A DNA stretch of 60,516 nt, counting the filler, from Sphacelaria rigidula (Eukaryota): assembly GCA_964200075.2 (NCBI GenBank). It is 7 parts of 7 records of this genome, joined end to end, with 100 filler letters (N's around TTAATTAATTAA, not from the genome) between each part and the next. Parts side by side here need not be neighbours in the genome. Positions count along the whole stretch, not along the records: positions 8,662 to 17,222 come from CAXNAA020010778.1; positions 17,323 to 25,883 come from CAXNAA020010779.1; 5 more parts are not named here. The stretch is one strand, 5' to 3'. The notes beneath the pieces are model-generated. The model did not search any database, was not told the origin of the DNA, and saw nothing but the letters and a program-made list of their open reading frames with translations. Position numbers and translations under genes: made by a program. This document shows, one piece after another, positions 11,031 to 21,929 of this stretch (the stretch's first letter is position 1; the number at the start of each line of letters is the position of its first letter).

Positions 11031-11996
11031 TTATACCGAGAAGCGTTGTACCACCTTACAACGGCCACAGCGCCTCTTCCTCACGTAGGTCACACCACGT
11101 CTTGAAGTCCTTAGACTCCTCTTTCTGACCGTACCTGGCCAAGCGTGGAACAAGCAACTCTCGCTGGCTCCACTAGGCAGTACGGTAATTGCACCGCTTT
11201 TTCTGGAACGCGCACGGGCTCGCCAGCTGTCGGTCAACCCCCCCGCACCTCTCGCACGAGCGATACTACAGCCCACCCCAGCACTGCTTCAAAACCTCCT
11301 CGGCCCTACTTCTCCAACTCCTCGCGACGTTAACACGCCTTGAGCTGGTCTTGTTTGCTGCAAACTAATCAGGCCTGCAGACTTCCCTATCTTGAAGTGT
11401 CAACTGCTTTTCAGCGGATCTACCGCCATCAGCAGACTTAATGCACGTTCATTGTAGACTTCTGTCACTCAAGATCAGATCGCCATGTGGACTCCTCCCA
11501 TTATGGACACATGGACTTTGGCAGCTTTAGTTATACATATAGTAACCCTCAGCATAGTCAGGAGAAATAGGACCATAGCCTCTCTCCACCAGAGTAGCAA
11601 AACCGGCTCTACTTGTCATGGAGGTCACCATCACAGAGTCCGGCAATCAGACCCGAAACTCCACCTACCATGTCCTTGACCTTAGGTAACAATGGTGGCT
11701 AGGTCTACAGGCATCAACCTCCTACTCGTAAACACGCACAGTATCATCACCGTGTTCCCGGTCATTATCCAGATCATCACTACCAACTCACCGTAACGGT
11801 GTAATTTCGTCACAGATCATGCTCAATGGTGGATGCTGCTTACTTCACCGTGCTTACGATCCTTGCAGGACGACAGTACATTGCAGTTTTATACTACCGT
11901 GCAGTACACATGAAGTATGTAACACTCAGCACCGTACACGAGAACCATGTACGAGCTGGGCCGGCCTCAAAATTGATATGATACTGTTACCATCAG

Positions 11997-13286
11997 TAGA
12001 GTTCGGTATTGGGTATTGAATCGAAAATATATTACCCTCAATACGCATATGATATTTATCTAAGCGTGTTTCTAAGGCCCCAACTTGAAGACTTTTTGGT
12101 CAATGTTATGCGAGAAAATACCCACCAAAATTACCCAAGATATCCCCATATTCTCGCATGGATATTCCAGATAAGATATATTTTTCCCAAACATACCCGA
12201 TATACCCAATATATGTGGGATATAGACACGGATATCACGCGATAAGTCTTCTTAAAAACCAGAATACGCCTTATTATGTTGTCTCCAGACCCCAGATCCC
12301 CGGTGCGAGGCTAACCCTCACTGACAGGCGCAAGAGGCTGGCCGCAGACAACGCCGGAAACCTCTTCTTCCTACACTCCAACCAGCACATGTGGTAGTTC
12401 GTACTTGCTAACGCACTCACATTTTGAGTTCCCAAGCGTTTTTCAGGTTGTGGTACGTATACGGTGTGCGATGCACACTTGTTTCTTGGCGGTAGACTAA
12501 GGTCCCACATTATCCGAGCGAATTTTGTTCGGTTCTCTTGTTGTTGCACTGTGTTTTTAGTTTCATGGTCGAATGCCGTAATGAAGCAGTCGTAGTTGAT
12601 AGAAGATGTACGCCCGCCTACTTTATAGTCTTTTGTGGTGTGGAGGGTGGAGATGACTGGATTTGTGACAAAATGTTTGCAGCGTGTTGCCAGGTGCCGT
12701 GTGTGTTTATTAGTCTTTAGTTTAGGATGGCAACACGGAGACAGTGGAAGGGTTGCAGGTAGACGCATGAATTCAGATCGTGGTTTGACAAGCTTCTCGG
12801 TTACCGTGAGAAAGACGACTATTTGGCGCGGCACGCGCCAACAAATATAATAAAAGAGTGTTTTTTTACAACAACTACCGTCACTTGAGGGTATTTTGTT
12901 TCTACTTGATTGCTCTGCTTCTTGGCGTTCGAGTGCTTGGGCGCGTCGTCCCTCTAGCGCTGTCGTGTGTGCCTCTATGTAGTATGCCCGGCACGTGCAT
13001 AAATAAGTGTATGCAGCTCACTGATGATACACGTAACTCGTCACTCGTTCCACACCCATAAAGCACATGAGTATACCACACTCTGGGAGTAAATCTGTAT
13101 CACCTGGACGAATCGTCCCTATATTCAGAGATATCTGGAGGGATATCGGGTGTGATCTCGGACATACTCCAAGTATTCGGGTATGATATTTCTTATGCGA
13201 GATTGTAGTTAGATATATGCGAGAATGTTTTACCCAATATATCTATATGCTATTGGGGCCATTTCAAGACCCAATACCAAACTCTA
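11997..13286. mobile_element. Non-autonomous hAT DNA transposon
   Basis: 17-bp TIRs TAGAGTTCGGTATTGGG / CCCAATACCAAACTCTA (1 mismatch). 8-bp TSD ACCATCAG (11989-11996) / ACCAACAG (13287-13294). GATAT/ATACCC subterminal motifs. Confidence 0.88.
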
Positions 13287-15425
13287 ACCAACAGGGTGCA
13301 GAGAACATGGGCTCCATTCCCCCCAGATTTTTTTTTTTTTCCATAACACTTGATATCAATCATCGAAAATGTGAGGACGTGAGGAGAGATGGGTTGATCA
13401 GTGGAAACCACGGACTCGGCATACTGTTGTGCTAATTTGAGGGAGGTATACTGTAGTCAGGCTGGTTAACGACCGGGCATATTTAACCCAAGTCATACTT
13501 TCCACCGCACTGCACTAGACATGATTCAGAGACGGCTCGCGGTCATCTGGATCACTTTGCTACTACTGCTGGAGGTTGAGAGGTTGACTACTGCGTCGAC
13601 TGCGTGGTGAAATTACGTGGAAAAGGGCGCAAGAGCCGCCAAACCATGCGAAATGCTTACACAGTCCCCTCCTTGGCCTGACTTCCGTCCTGCGCACGAT
13701 ATAGCCAACTTTTGGCTATAAAAAAAAAGTGCCAGGATTTGTTTTTGTTTTTCGGCCTTTCGGGGGGAGGCGGGGGGAGGCGGGGGAGAGGGGTAGGAGT
13801 GTTGGATGAGAAAAAAAATGTCGCCCCCCCTTATGTTGTGGCGTAATAAAGTACAGCAAATGCCCAAACATTCGCCAGGAGAAAATTGCCGGCGATTCTG
13901 CCACGGATGGTGGCTATGACGGGACAATGAAACATGTTGACGTCTGCGCGACGTGAGTTTACCCGCTGGATCGACAGTGTCGGCATGCACAAGCCCCACA
14001 CTTCCACCAGGCGTGTTCCGTGTTGTACGTTCTGTATTGCACGTAGCACTCTGTTGGCTGCCACGACTCCTTTCGAATCAACATTATTGATGGAACCTCA
14101 TTGTCGCATCAAAGCTCGTTGTAGTACGCGGGAATATCGCCCGTACTATCCTCTGAAGTGTACCATTTTAGTTTGCAACTCATGTAAGTATTTTGTACCG
14201 GGCTCGGCACCAAAAATGTCTCGTAATAATGTTGTTCCGAAAAGAGATCTGTTAACGCAGGACTTGCAACGTGTGGTGCATAAAGTATAACACACCTGGT
14301 GCGGGAGTGGGACGTGTGGATACCGCCGACCGAGTGGGTAACTTCATGGTGGTGCGCAAACATTCAAGCTATCCATCCCGTCCTCCCTCCGAAGCAGAAT
14401 CGCCGGCACTCTCTCCATCGACTCAAATATCAAAACACGCTCGAGGTGTCCAAGCCCCGCGTCGACAGGAATAATGTTTCGATGGAGGGCGGTTGCATGA
14501 TCGATCTCGTGCGAAGTGTCAAACAATTATGATGCCGATTCGATGTTCACGGTGGTAATACCCTCGACAGTCGAACAGCCCTGACGCGTGCAGACAGGAA
14601 ATGCATCACACAGCAAGCCTCAACGCCATGCAGATCACACCCCTGAGACAATACAGATCTCAGTGCAACCGGCTGCCGACTCAAATCTAAAAAGATAGAA
14701 AACGTGGATTTGAGAGCCTCATGATGAGAAACTTGCATGTACGATAGAGCCGCAGGCCAGAGACAGAAAAAAGGAAGTAGAGTCGACACGATGCGACATG
14801 CGGGCAAGATCACAACATGCTCGAGGTGTGTTCCGAGGGTTGAACCGTTGCTCTCCGTTTCGTCCAGTTCCGGTTCAACTGAACATGATGTCAATTCAAT
14901 TTCAAGTGAAAGTGATGCCGGTTTCACGAATAAATGTGGCCTGTATGTGGTCGAGAGGTGACATCTCTAACGGTCAAAGGATCTACCACGGAAACGTCCA
15001 GCAAGGGAATAAACGTATCAAACGGAACGCATCGCAACGTCAGAACCACATGCAGAACAGCGCGGAAAGCGTATGCACTCTAAACCCGAACAGAACAGGA
15101 GCGGATCCTAATGCCAAGCGAAACGCAAGCGAAGAGGTTGATATGTATAATCAACGGGAAGGTGTACTCACAAATAAAGTGAAGAACAAGTGCTGACTTC
15201 TCAGAGCTACAGACAACGAAATAACTCCGAAAGATATGTACTCTACAATCTACAGAAAAATGCAGAAAAATGACACCTGTCTGCAGGGGACGAATATCAG
15301 AACAAATATCACCAGTATGATCTCTCTATATATATGTGTGTGTATATATATCGTTTACTTTAAGAGACTTGAAAATAGCCAAAAAATTGAATCGCCCAAA
15401 GATACGCAGGCTGGTTCATGCTTAT

Positions 15426-15911
15426 TGTCATGACGAAGGAAGATAGAGAGGCGTTGTTTGTTCCCTCAGACTGTTTTGGGGCAGGTTGATTTACAGATAA
15501 TTCGATCTGTTCATGGGATTACTGCCATAGTTTTGGGGAAGGTTAGCATGCAGACTGGCGTACCCTAGCCCCGAGGAGGAGGAATGCCTTCTCGGGCCTA
15601 GGTCAGGGAGGTTATGTTGCATGCATCCTCGATCACTCTCTGAGCTGGACACTCTGCATCTACTGTTTACCTTCGGTGAGAATAGCACGCTAGGCGAGCA
15701 AGAGAATAATAAGCGAGAATACCAAGATACCAAGCCTTCGAGCTCCTTTGTTTGTTTGCTACTGTTGACCAACAGTCATGTGAACCTGTGTGTGAATCAC
15801 ATACCTGCAGCTTGTTCTGCTCGGACACGTTGCACCTTGTGCATTTTACTAAGCTTCCAGCACATCGATAAATACTCATCAAGGAAGGTGTGTGGAGCCC
15901 TCCATATCACA
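15426..15911 (+). mobile_element. 5' LTR of gypsy family 3
   Basis: TGTCATGA...TATCACA; homologous along its length to 24413-24982; followed by a primer-binding site. Confidence 0.88.
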
Positions 15912-15912
15912 C

Positions 15913-15929
15913 TGGTGTCGACGGTAGGA
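15913..15929 (+). promoter_or_regulatory. Primer-binding site TGGTGTCGACGGTAGGA
   Basis: Starts TGG one base after the LTR's CA. Complementary to a tRNA 3' end ...TCCTACCGTCGACA-CCA (discriminator A, Leu-like by inference). Confidence 0.75.
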
Positions 15930-15985
15930 CAGGATTATCATCAACTACGGGATCCTCACGATCTAAATCTGTCGATCGGACCAAT

Positions 15986-16844
15986 GTGAGCTCACGACTG
16001 CCCGTTGATGCTTCGTTGACTGATCTTCACGCACCTTTGCGCGACGGACGCAGCACTAATCGTGCCGTTCCACCCCATCCTGATGCTGCCACTGTGCGTG
16101 CTGTGGAACGACAAGTGGCAGATCTTCGTCGATACCTGCGATCAGCATCCACCAAGGCCAACACCCCTGCACCTTCGACCACCGCTCCTGTCGCGGCCGT
16201 CTACGATACTGCTGCCGCGGACGTCGATACGGACGCTGAGAGCATCCGCGCCACACCACCCGCCCCCAGCGCGGCAGCGACTGCGGCTGCCGACACGGCG
16301 GCTACGGGTGACACCTCTCTTACGGCCACCCATGCGGGATTTGACACTTCCCCGCCGGATGCTACCGCTACTGGTCCAACTCCGGCGCCTGCACCCACGT
16401 TTCCCACGGACGAGCTCCCTGTTGGGCGTCGAGCATTTCCCGCCGGGCCTCCTACCCCGCTCCGATCAGGAGCAAATCCTCGATGACTACCGACCAATGC
16501 AACCGGCCACGCACCCTGCGCCATCCTCACCCCGCCAAACGGCGGATGACGCTGCTAACCGTCTCCTTCTCGACGACCTCACAGCACGTCTCACGCGCCA
16601 ACATCAGGCCGTCTACTCCGCGACAAGCCGCCAGCGGGCGGCTCAAGAGACTTTAAATGAACGTCTCGCATCGTTTGACAAGATGCGTGACTCCATTCGG
16701 CGCGACGAACAACGTCTGCGCCAATATACTGCGGCCACGGAGACCGTCACCACGGCTTTACGCTCCTTGGAACAGGAGCAATATCTTCCTCTTCTGAGGA
16801 CGACGCCGACAGCGCCAGCGCCTGCCCCTACTTCTGCGATTTAA
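15986..16844 (+). pseudogene. Frameshifted gag-region ORF of family 3 (Ala/Pro/Thr-rich plus coiled coil)
   Basis: Immediately downstream of the PBS. Protein-like text switches from ORF 15890-16486 to ORF 16062-16844 near 16460 (RLLLDDLTARL...ETLNERLASFDKMRDSIRRDEQRL). Confidence 0.6.
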
Positions 16845-16997
16845 TGCTCAGCGGAGACCCGCTAGCCCTCGTGTACATACGCTGCTGCTGCCGCTCCTGC
16901 AGCCTCGCCTGAGCGCACCCCACCAGCACCACAGTAGGAACGTCCGCTGCCCTCACACCTTGGCTCCGCCTTCAGGAAAGTGAACGTTCTTGGCTTT

Positions 16998-17222
16998 TGT
17001 AGAGCCCTCCTGGGCTCAGAACAAGGTCACAAGATTGCTCCAAGGGCTTCCTCCCTCACTAGGGCCTGGAGACTTCAAGACAGTTGTTATTCATAAACAC
17101 ACAGTCTTCGCTATCGGAAGTAACCACATGCGTGAAGCATGTGATGTTCAAATCCACATAGTCTGCCGATCAGACCCGCAAGTCCGTCAACCAATAGAAA
17201 ACGCCTACAGCAGATTGTTCCA
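16998..17222 (-). mobile_element. Family-2 LTR inserted into the family-3 element, cut by the contig end
   Basis: Reverse complement of about 10248-10470; begins TGTAGAGCCCTCC on the + strand. Confidence 0.8.
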
Positions 17223-17458
17223 NNNNNNNNNNNNNNNNNNNNNNNNNNNNNNNNNNNNNNNNNNNNTTAATTAATTAANNNNNNNNNNNNNNNNNNNNNN
17301 NNNNNNNNNNNNNNNNNNNNNNGCGAATGTATGGATAGGTACCAAGGTGGGAGTGCCCCTCCACCCAGGTAGTGTCGGACTTGGGAAATAAAAACAAAAA
17401 ATGTGTCCCCTAGCTCGACTCTGTACACGAGTCACCCTACCCATCCGGGCGTCGGTCC

Positions 17459-19640
17459 TCAGCTAGGCGCACCGTCCGGTGACATGTCGTCTTCATCGTC
17501 CAGCAGAGTCAGCGGGTCTTTCCCCTTGTCAGAGACACCTGAATGCCGTACAAGGTGGAGCGTTGGCGCAAACTGCATTAAACGGGAACACATTCCTCGT
17601 GGGGATTCACAACCAGAGAGCTTTGCTCCAAGCCATACTGTAAGCCACAAAACTTCGTGTCAGGTCCGCACGAAACGCAACACTTGTAGTGCTGTGTCTA
17701 CTGACCTACACAGTGAACCACCCATAAGCGCTGAAGCGAGTGACTCTTCTTGAAGAAACAACACAAACAAAATCCCGTTTTCCGCTACCTTGTCCCCAGC
17801 TGCCTTCGTCTTCCTCCTCGCTGTCGTCGTCCTCGTCCTCACTGTCCTCGCCCTCACTGTCCTCGTACTCTTTGTCCTCGTCCTCATTGTCCTCGTCCCC
17901 GCTACCCTGGCCCTTGTCCCGTCCTCCTTGCTTTTTCTCCACGCCCCCTGCTCCACCCATTTCTTCTCCACTCCCACCACCAGCCCCTCCCCCCTCCCTT
18001 CGAATATCTTCATCACCTCTCCCATCTTCTCCTCGCCCACTTTTCCTTTCCCCGCTGCCCTCCCCGACCCTGTCCATCTCGTCGTCGCTCCCATCGTCCA
18101 CAAACGCCAAAGGCTCCGTTAATCCCTCCAGTTGGATTCGATCGTCACCAGTTACGTCCGTCGTCATCAGGGCCCCTGTCTTCTCGGACAAGCGGAATCT
18201 GTAGTCGGGCCGGTTGTCGACGATGTCCACAGCTCCCCCTTGCTGCTGGAGACAGACGGAAGGGCCGGCGGTCCAGAGGGCGTTGCAGAACCTTCCACCA
18301 CTCCCACACAATCCATTTTGTTGAGTATCTCGGTGACCTTCCCCTCCACGTCTTGAGCGTGTTCTTTGTCGGACAAACCACCAAGTTTCTTCAGCTGCAA
18401 CGACATACGCATCTCCTCTAAGCTCGAGGCACCAACAAGGTGGCCCTTGATGACATGCTCCTGGGGCAGCAAGAAATGTCGGTCAAGGATCCCGCCGTCA
18501 GATTTCAACTCCACAAGATCCGTCAGATCCCGCAAAGCGTCGTGGGATAGATTCATCGCGCCGGAACCTCACCACCGTGAATCAAAGGAGGCGATATCGT
18601 GCAGGCGTGCACGCCCAGGTACTCCCTACTCCTATCTCCTGCCAAGAGGGACTGCAGGGGTTGTACCGTACAGTGCGCCAGCAGTGAGCAGTACGTAAAG
18701 CAGTCTTGTGCCAAAAGACAAAATTGGAAGAAAATACAGAACAGTACCGTACAAGGTTCGTACCGATTATCATCATCCATGGGGTGTCCCAGAAAATTGT
18801 CATTATCCTTGGGGTGTCCCAGTGGAAATCAGTATTGTTTGCCGGTTTAAGAGAGGAGGCAGCTTGCTTGGTGGCCTGACGTAGCCATGGTGGTGGTGGA
18901 GGCAGTCTCTTATTTTTCTGAGGTGCAGTGCATTCTTGCAGATTCTTACCTGTCGACCCTCTTGCAACTCCCCAGTTTCTAATTCTTATTTCCCCCTTTG
19001 GGTTCAGCACAACAAGTGCTTACCCGTAATGTATAATTTTAAGAAAAAACGAGGCTGAGATTCCTTACTATGAAATTCTCAACATCTGACCCTATCTGTA
19101 CACACCATCACTACGAGAAAAAATCAGAGTGTTTTCCATCGCACCCTGCACCCGACGCCTTCGCGGACCCCGCAGTTGTTGCCATCGCGCTGGGCGGGTG
19201 GCCGAAGGGGTGCAAACAGGACAGCGGTAACTCACCGAATCTGTGATATGCGGCGTAAACACACCTCATGTATCGTTTCGAGCGTTCAGCACTGAATTCT
19301 CCACTTTTCAAGCGTTACTTTGTTCGTGGATTCCTCCACCGTGTCCCACCATCCGGCTTCAAACTTGGCACGTAGATACAGCACAACACAGACAGCATAT
19401 ACGCTGTTCGGCGGCACATGATGGGTAGTGCACACTGAAAGCAGAGCGAACACGGATTCTGGGTTATGCCGTCCATACGCCCTCAAAACGGCGTCTCTGC
19501 AGCCCAGACTGCGCGACATATCGCTGGATGCATGTTCTGACACGCGGGTGCGTTCACTTCCACGTTATGACCTACTACGCAGCTTCTGCGCCGTCAAACA
19601 AACATCGATCTCTGCTGGCACCCATTGTGGATGATGACAT
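17459..19640 (-). pseudogene. Disrupted coding-like region with an acidic Asp/Glu tract, unidentified
   Basis: Protein-like stretches (MNLSHDALRDLTDLVELK...; VDIVDNRPDYRFRLSEKTG...EDEDDDSEEEDE; YAVCVVLYLRAKFEAGWWD...) are broken by in-frame stops and a frameshift near 18250. Splice-like donors are present. Confidence 0.4.
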
Positions 19641-20427
19641 TATGTGCGGTACATATTCTGGTATTGCCTGTAGAGGTCCTCAATTCAGGAGGCACGGTCG
19701 TATAAGCGCTGTTAGTACTTTTAGGCGCTGGAACGTCGTTCTCATGTCATGTAGACTATAGGCAACAACCTCATGTTGCTAAATCTGGGGTTGCGTCGTG
19801 GATGCATGCGTATCGGGGCGAAAAGATGTCGGATTCTGTTCCGAATTGTGTTTTTTTGTTTTCGGTGGAACACTGTCATACAATTTCCCGTAGGGGTTTT
19901 GCCGCGATTGCAAGCGAGGCCTGGTTTGATTGATCAACATCTTCCCGGATGTTCGGTTCATTGACTGCCTGATACCACCCTCCCTTGCGTTAGATAAAAA
20001 TGAAGGCTGGAGGAATGACATAGATGCGGTAGCAAATGGTCATGGTGGCGCTTAATATTTCTTGTCTTCGCATGATGATATCGGACGCTTGCGGTATGCC
20101 TTATGGTTGCTGCACGCGAACTGCACGGTTGCTGTACGAGCTGGGCAAGTCTAGGAGCGGGTCTGTAGATTTCAGGCCAATTTCGAACCCCGAGAGTAGT
20201 TGGACTTTCGGATTTGGTATGAAGACACAGGGCATGTGTTATATGCTAGCATATGATGTGGGCATTTCTTCACTTTTAGGGCTGTGAACTGGCTGCTCTG
20301 GCCACTTGAGTTTGAACTGGCCGCGTCAGCAGCCAGTACATCGATGTTTCCCCAGTTAATCGGCGCCGATTGGCTGGGGAAACATCGGCGGCGTCGAAGC
20401 CGCGGGCCGCAAACAGTCCCCCCGGAT

Positions 20428-20570
20428 AGAGGTGGGTACCGGATACCAAAATAAAAAAAACGGTTACCGGATAAGAGGCGTTATTTTCAAAAACAAAAAC
20501 GGGTAAATCGCTCTTTTTTCAGCCGGTTAACCGGTTCACCGGAAAACTGGTTTAACCTGATAAGCAAGGG
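20428..20570. mobile_element. Probable hAT-type transposon end
   Basis: Starts TAGAGGTGGG, followed by clustered (A/T)ACCGG / CCGGTT subterminal motifs. No partner TIR was found. Confidence 0.4.
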
Positions 20571-21929
20571 AAAATGCCTCCGAATCATTGAAACGCATGT
20601 GAACTAGGCATTCTCGTCGTATGTTTCATGTGTGGTGGTTGATGAATACGCTCAAACAAGCCCATTACCGGTGACGGCAAGGTTCAATCTCACACTTCCG
20701 CACTCCGCACCCGTGCAACACCTGTCGAACTTTACAGCACAGTTATGGGTGCGCCTGACATCCCAAAATGGGCAAAAAAAGTGTCACCGACCAAAAGCAC
20801 GAGCAGACCGGAGATCTCGTTCATCCCCTGAATACGCACGCCGTAATATCCCCCAAAGTACTTGTGCTTTGAATGAGGTTTCCACTCGACGATTTCCCAT
20901 TTTCGTCGTCCCGGGCTACAAACCACGGTGTGCCTCGGCTACTCACCGGCGTGTATGTGTCCAAGCTACAATCTGAAAACATCGTACAACCAAAGGATTT
21001 ATGGTGATCGAGAAAATCGCAAAAAAAAACATGTTTTTTTTTTCACTTAATTTGTTATAAAACTCGGATCCCGATGAGATAAAAGAACCGACCGCGGGAT
21101 TTGTAGCTGTCGTCTTGGCGCAGATGATGCAAAAAATCGCATCCCAGTCGATGACCTTGACGATGAGTAATCGGGGCAATCGTTTTGGCTATGAGCGCAA
21201 ACCAGCGCCTCGAACACTCGCCGGTTTCCCCGACATGCAAAAACCTCACACCTAATAAACGGCCTCAGAATAGATTACACCCATGAATGACTTTTGATAG
21301 TGCAGATATGGTTTATACATCGCATGTGTGGTCCGTACCACACCTCCAACACCCGGCCGTGTACCCGCGACCCTTGTGCGCCCTACGCGCCGATCGCGTT
21401 CACCAGTTCGCGCTACAACCACGCCGCCTTCTGGGAATCTCCCAGCACCTGCGCCTCTGACTCGCAATACACATGCGTCAGATCCGCTCCCGGGTCAACC
21501 CGTTGACGTCGTCATACCTGCTTCTTCGCCCGTGCCACCCCCTCCTGAGTCACCGTGCCTGGTTGGCTCTCCGGCTGAAGGCCAACTTTGGGAATTTCTC
21601 GCTAGCTACTCTCGCCGCGATTGGACTCGCAACCAACAGGAACCGCTCTGCCGTGCGACAATGCGGTACTTGCGGCTTGACTGCCCCACCCCTTTCCCGG
21701 CTGAGATCCTGACCCCCGTAGGCACTCTACCCGCCCCCGCCGCCTCTGACGTGCTCAAGCTGGCACGCAAAGGTACCGTCTTACGACTGACGAGGACGTT
21801 CACCTGCTTGCTCGCCGATCCAACTTCCAATTGGGCACGGCTGCCGCAGTAACAACTTCCACTTCGGCACATATGCGTCATGACGCCCCAATTCGCATCT
21901 ACGTCCCTATCATGATGCGTCCGTAGGTC

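Larger units (their letters stand above)
8665..11709 (-). mobile_element. Degenerate, internally deleted Ty3/gypsy LTR retrotransposon (family 1)
   Basis: About 400-bp direct repeats at 8665-9072 and 11307-11709, both starting TGTAG on the minus strand, enclose a gag-like remnant and an integrase zinc-finger remnant on the minus strand. Confidence 0.8.

Noticed and set aside
11126-11150. PBS for LTR family 1 (TGGCCAGGTACGG on the minus strand)
   Set aside because: The LTR 3' boundary cannot be fixed because the second LTR is truncated, and I cannot match the sequence to a tRNA end.
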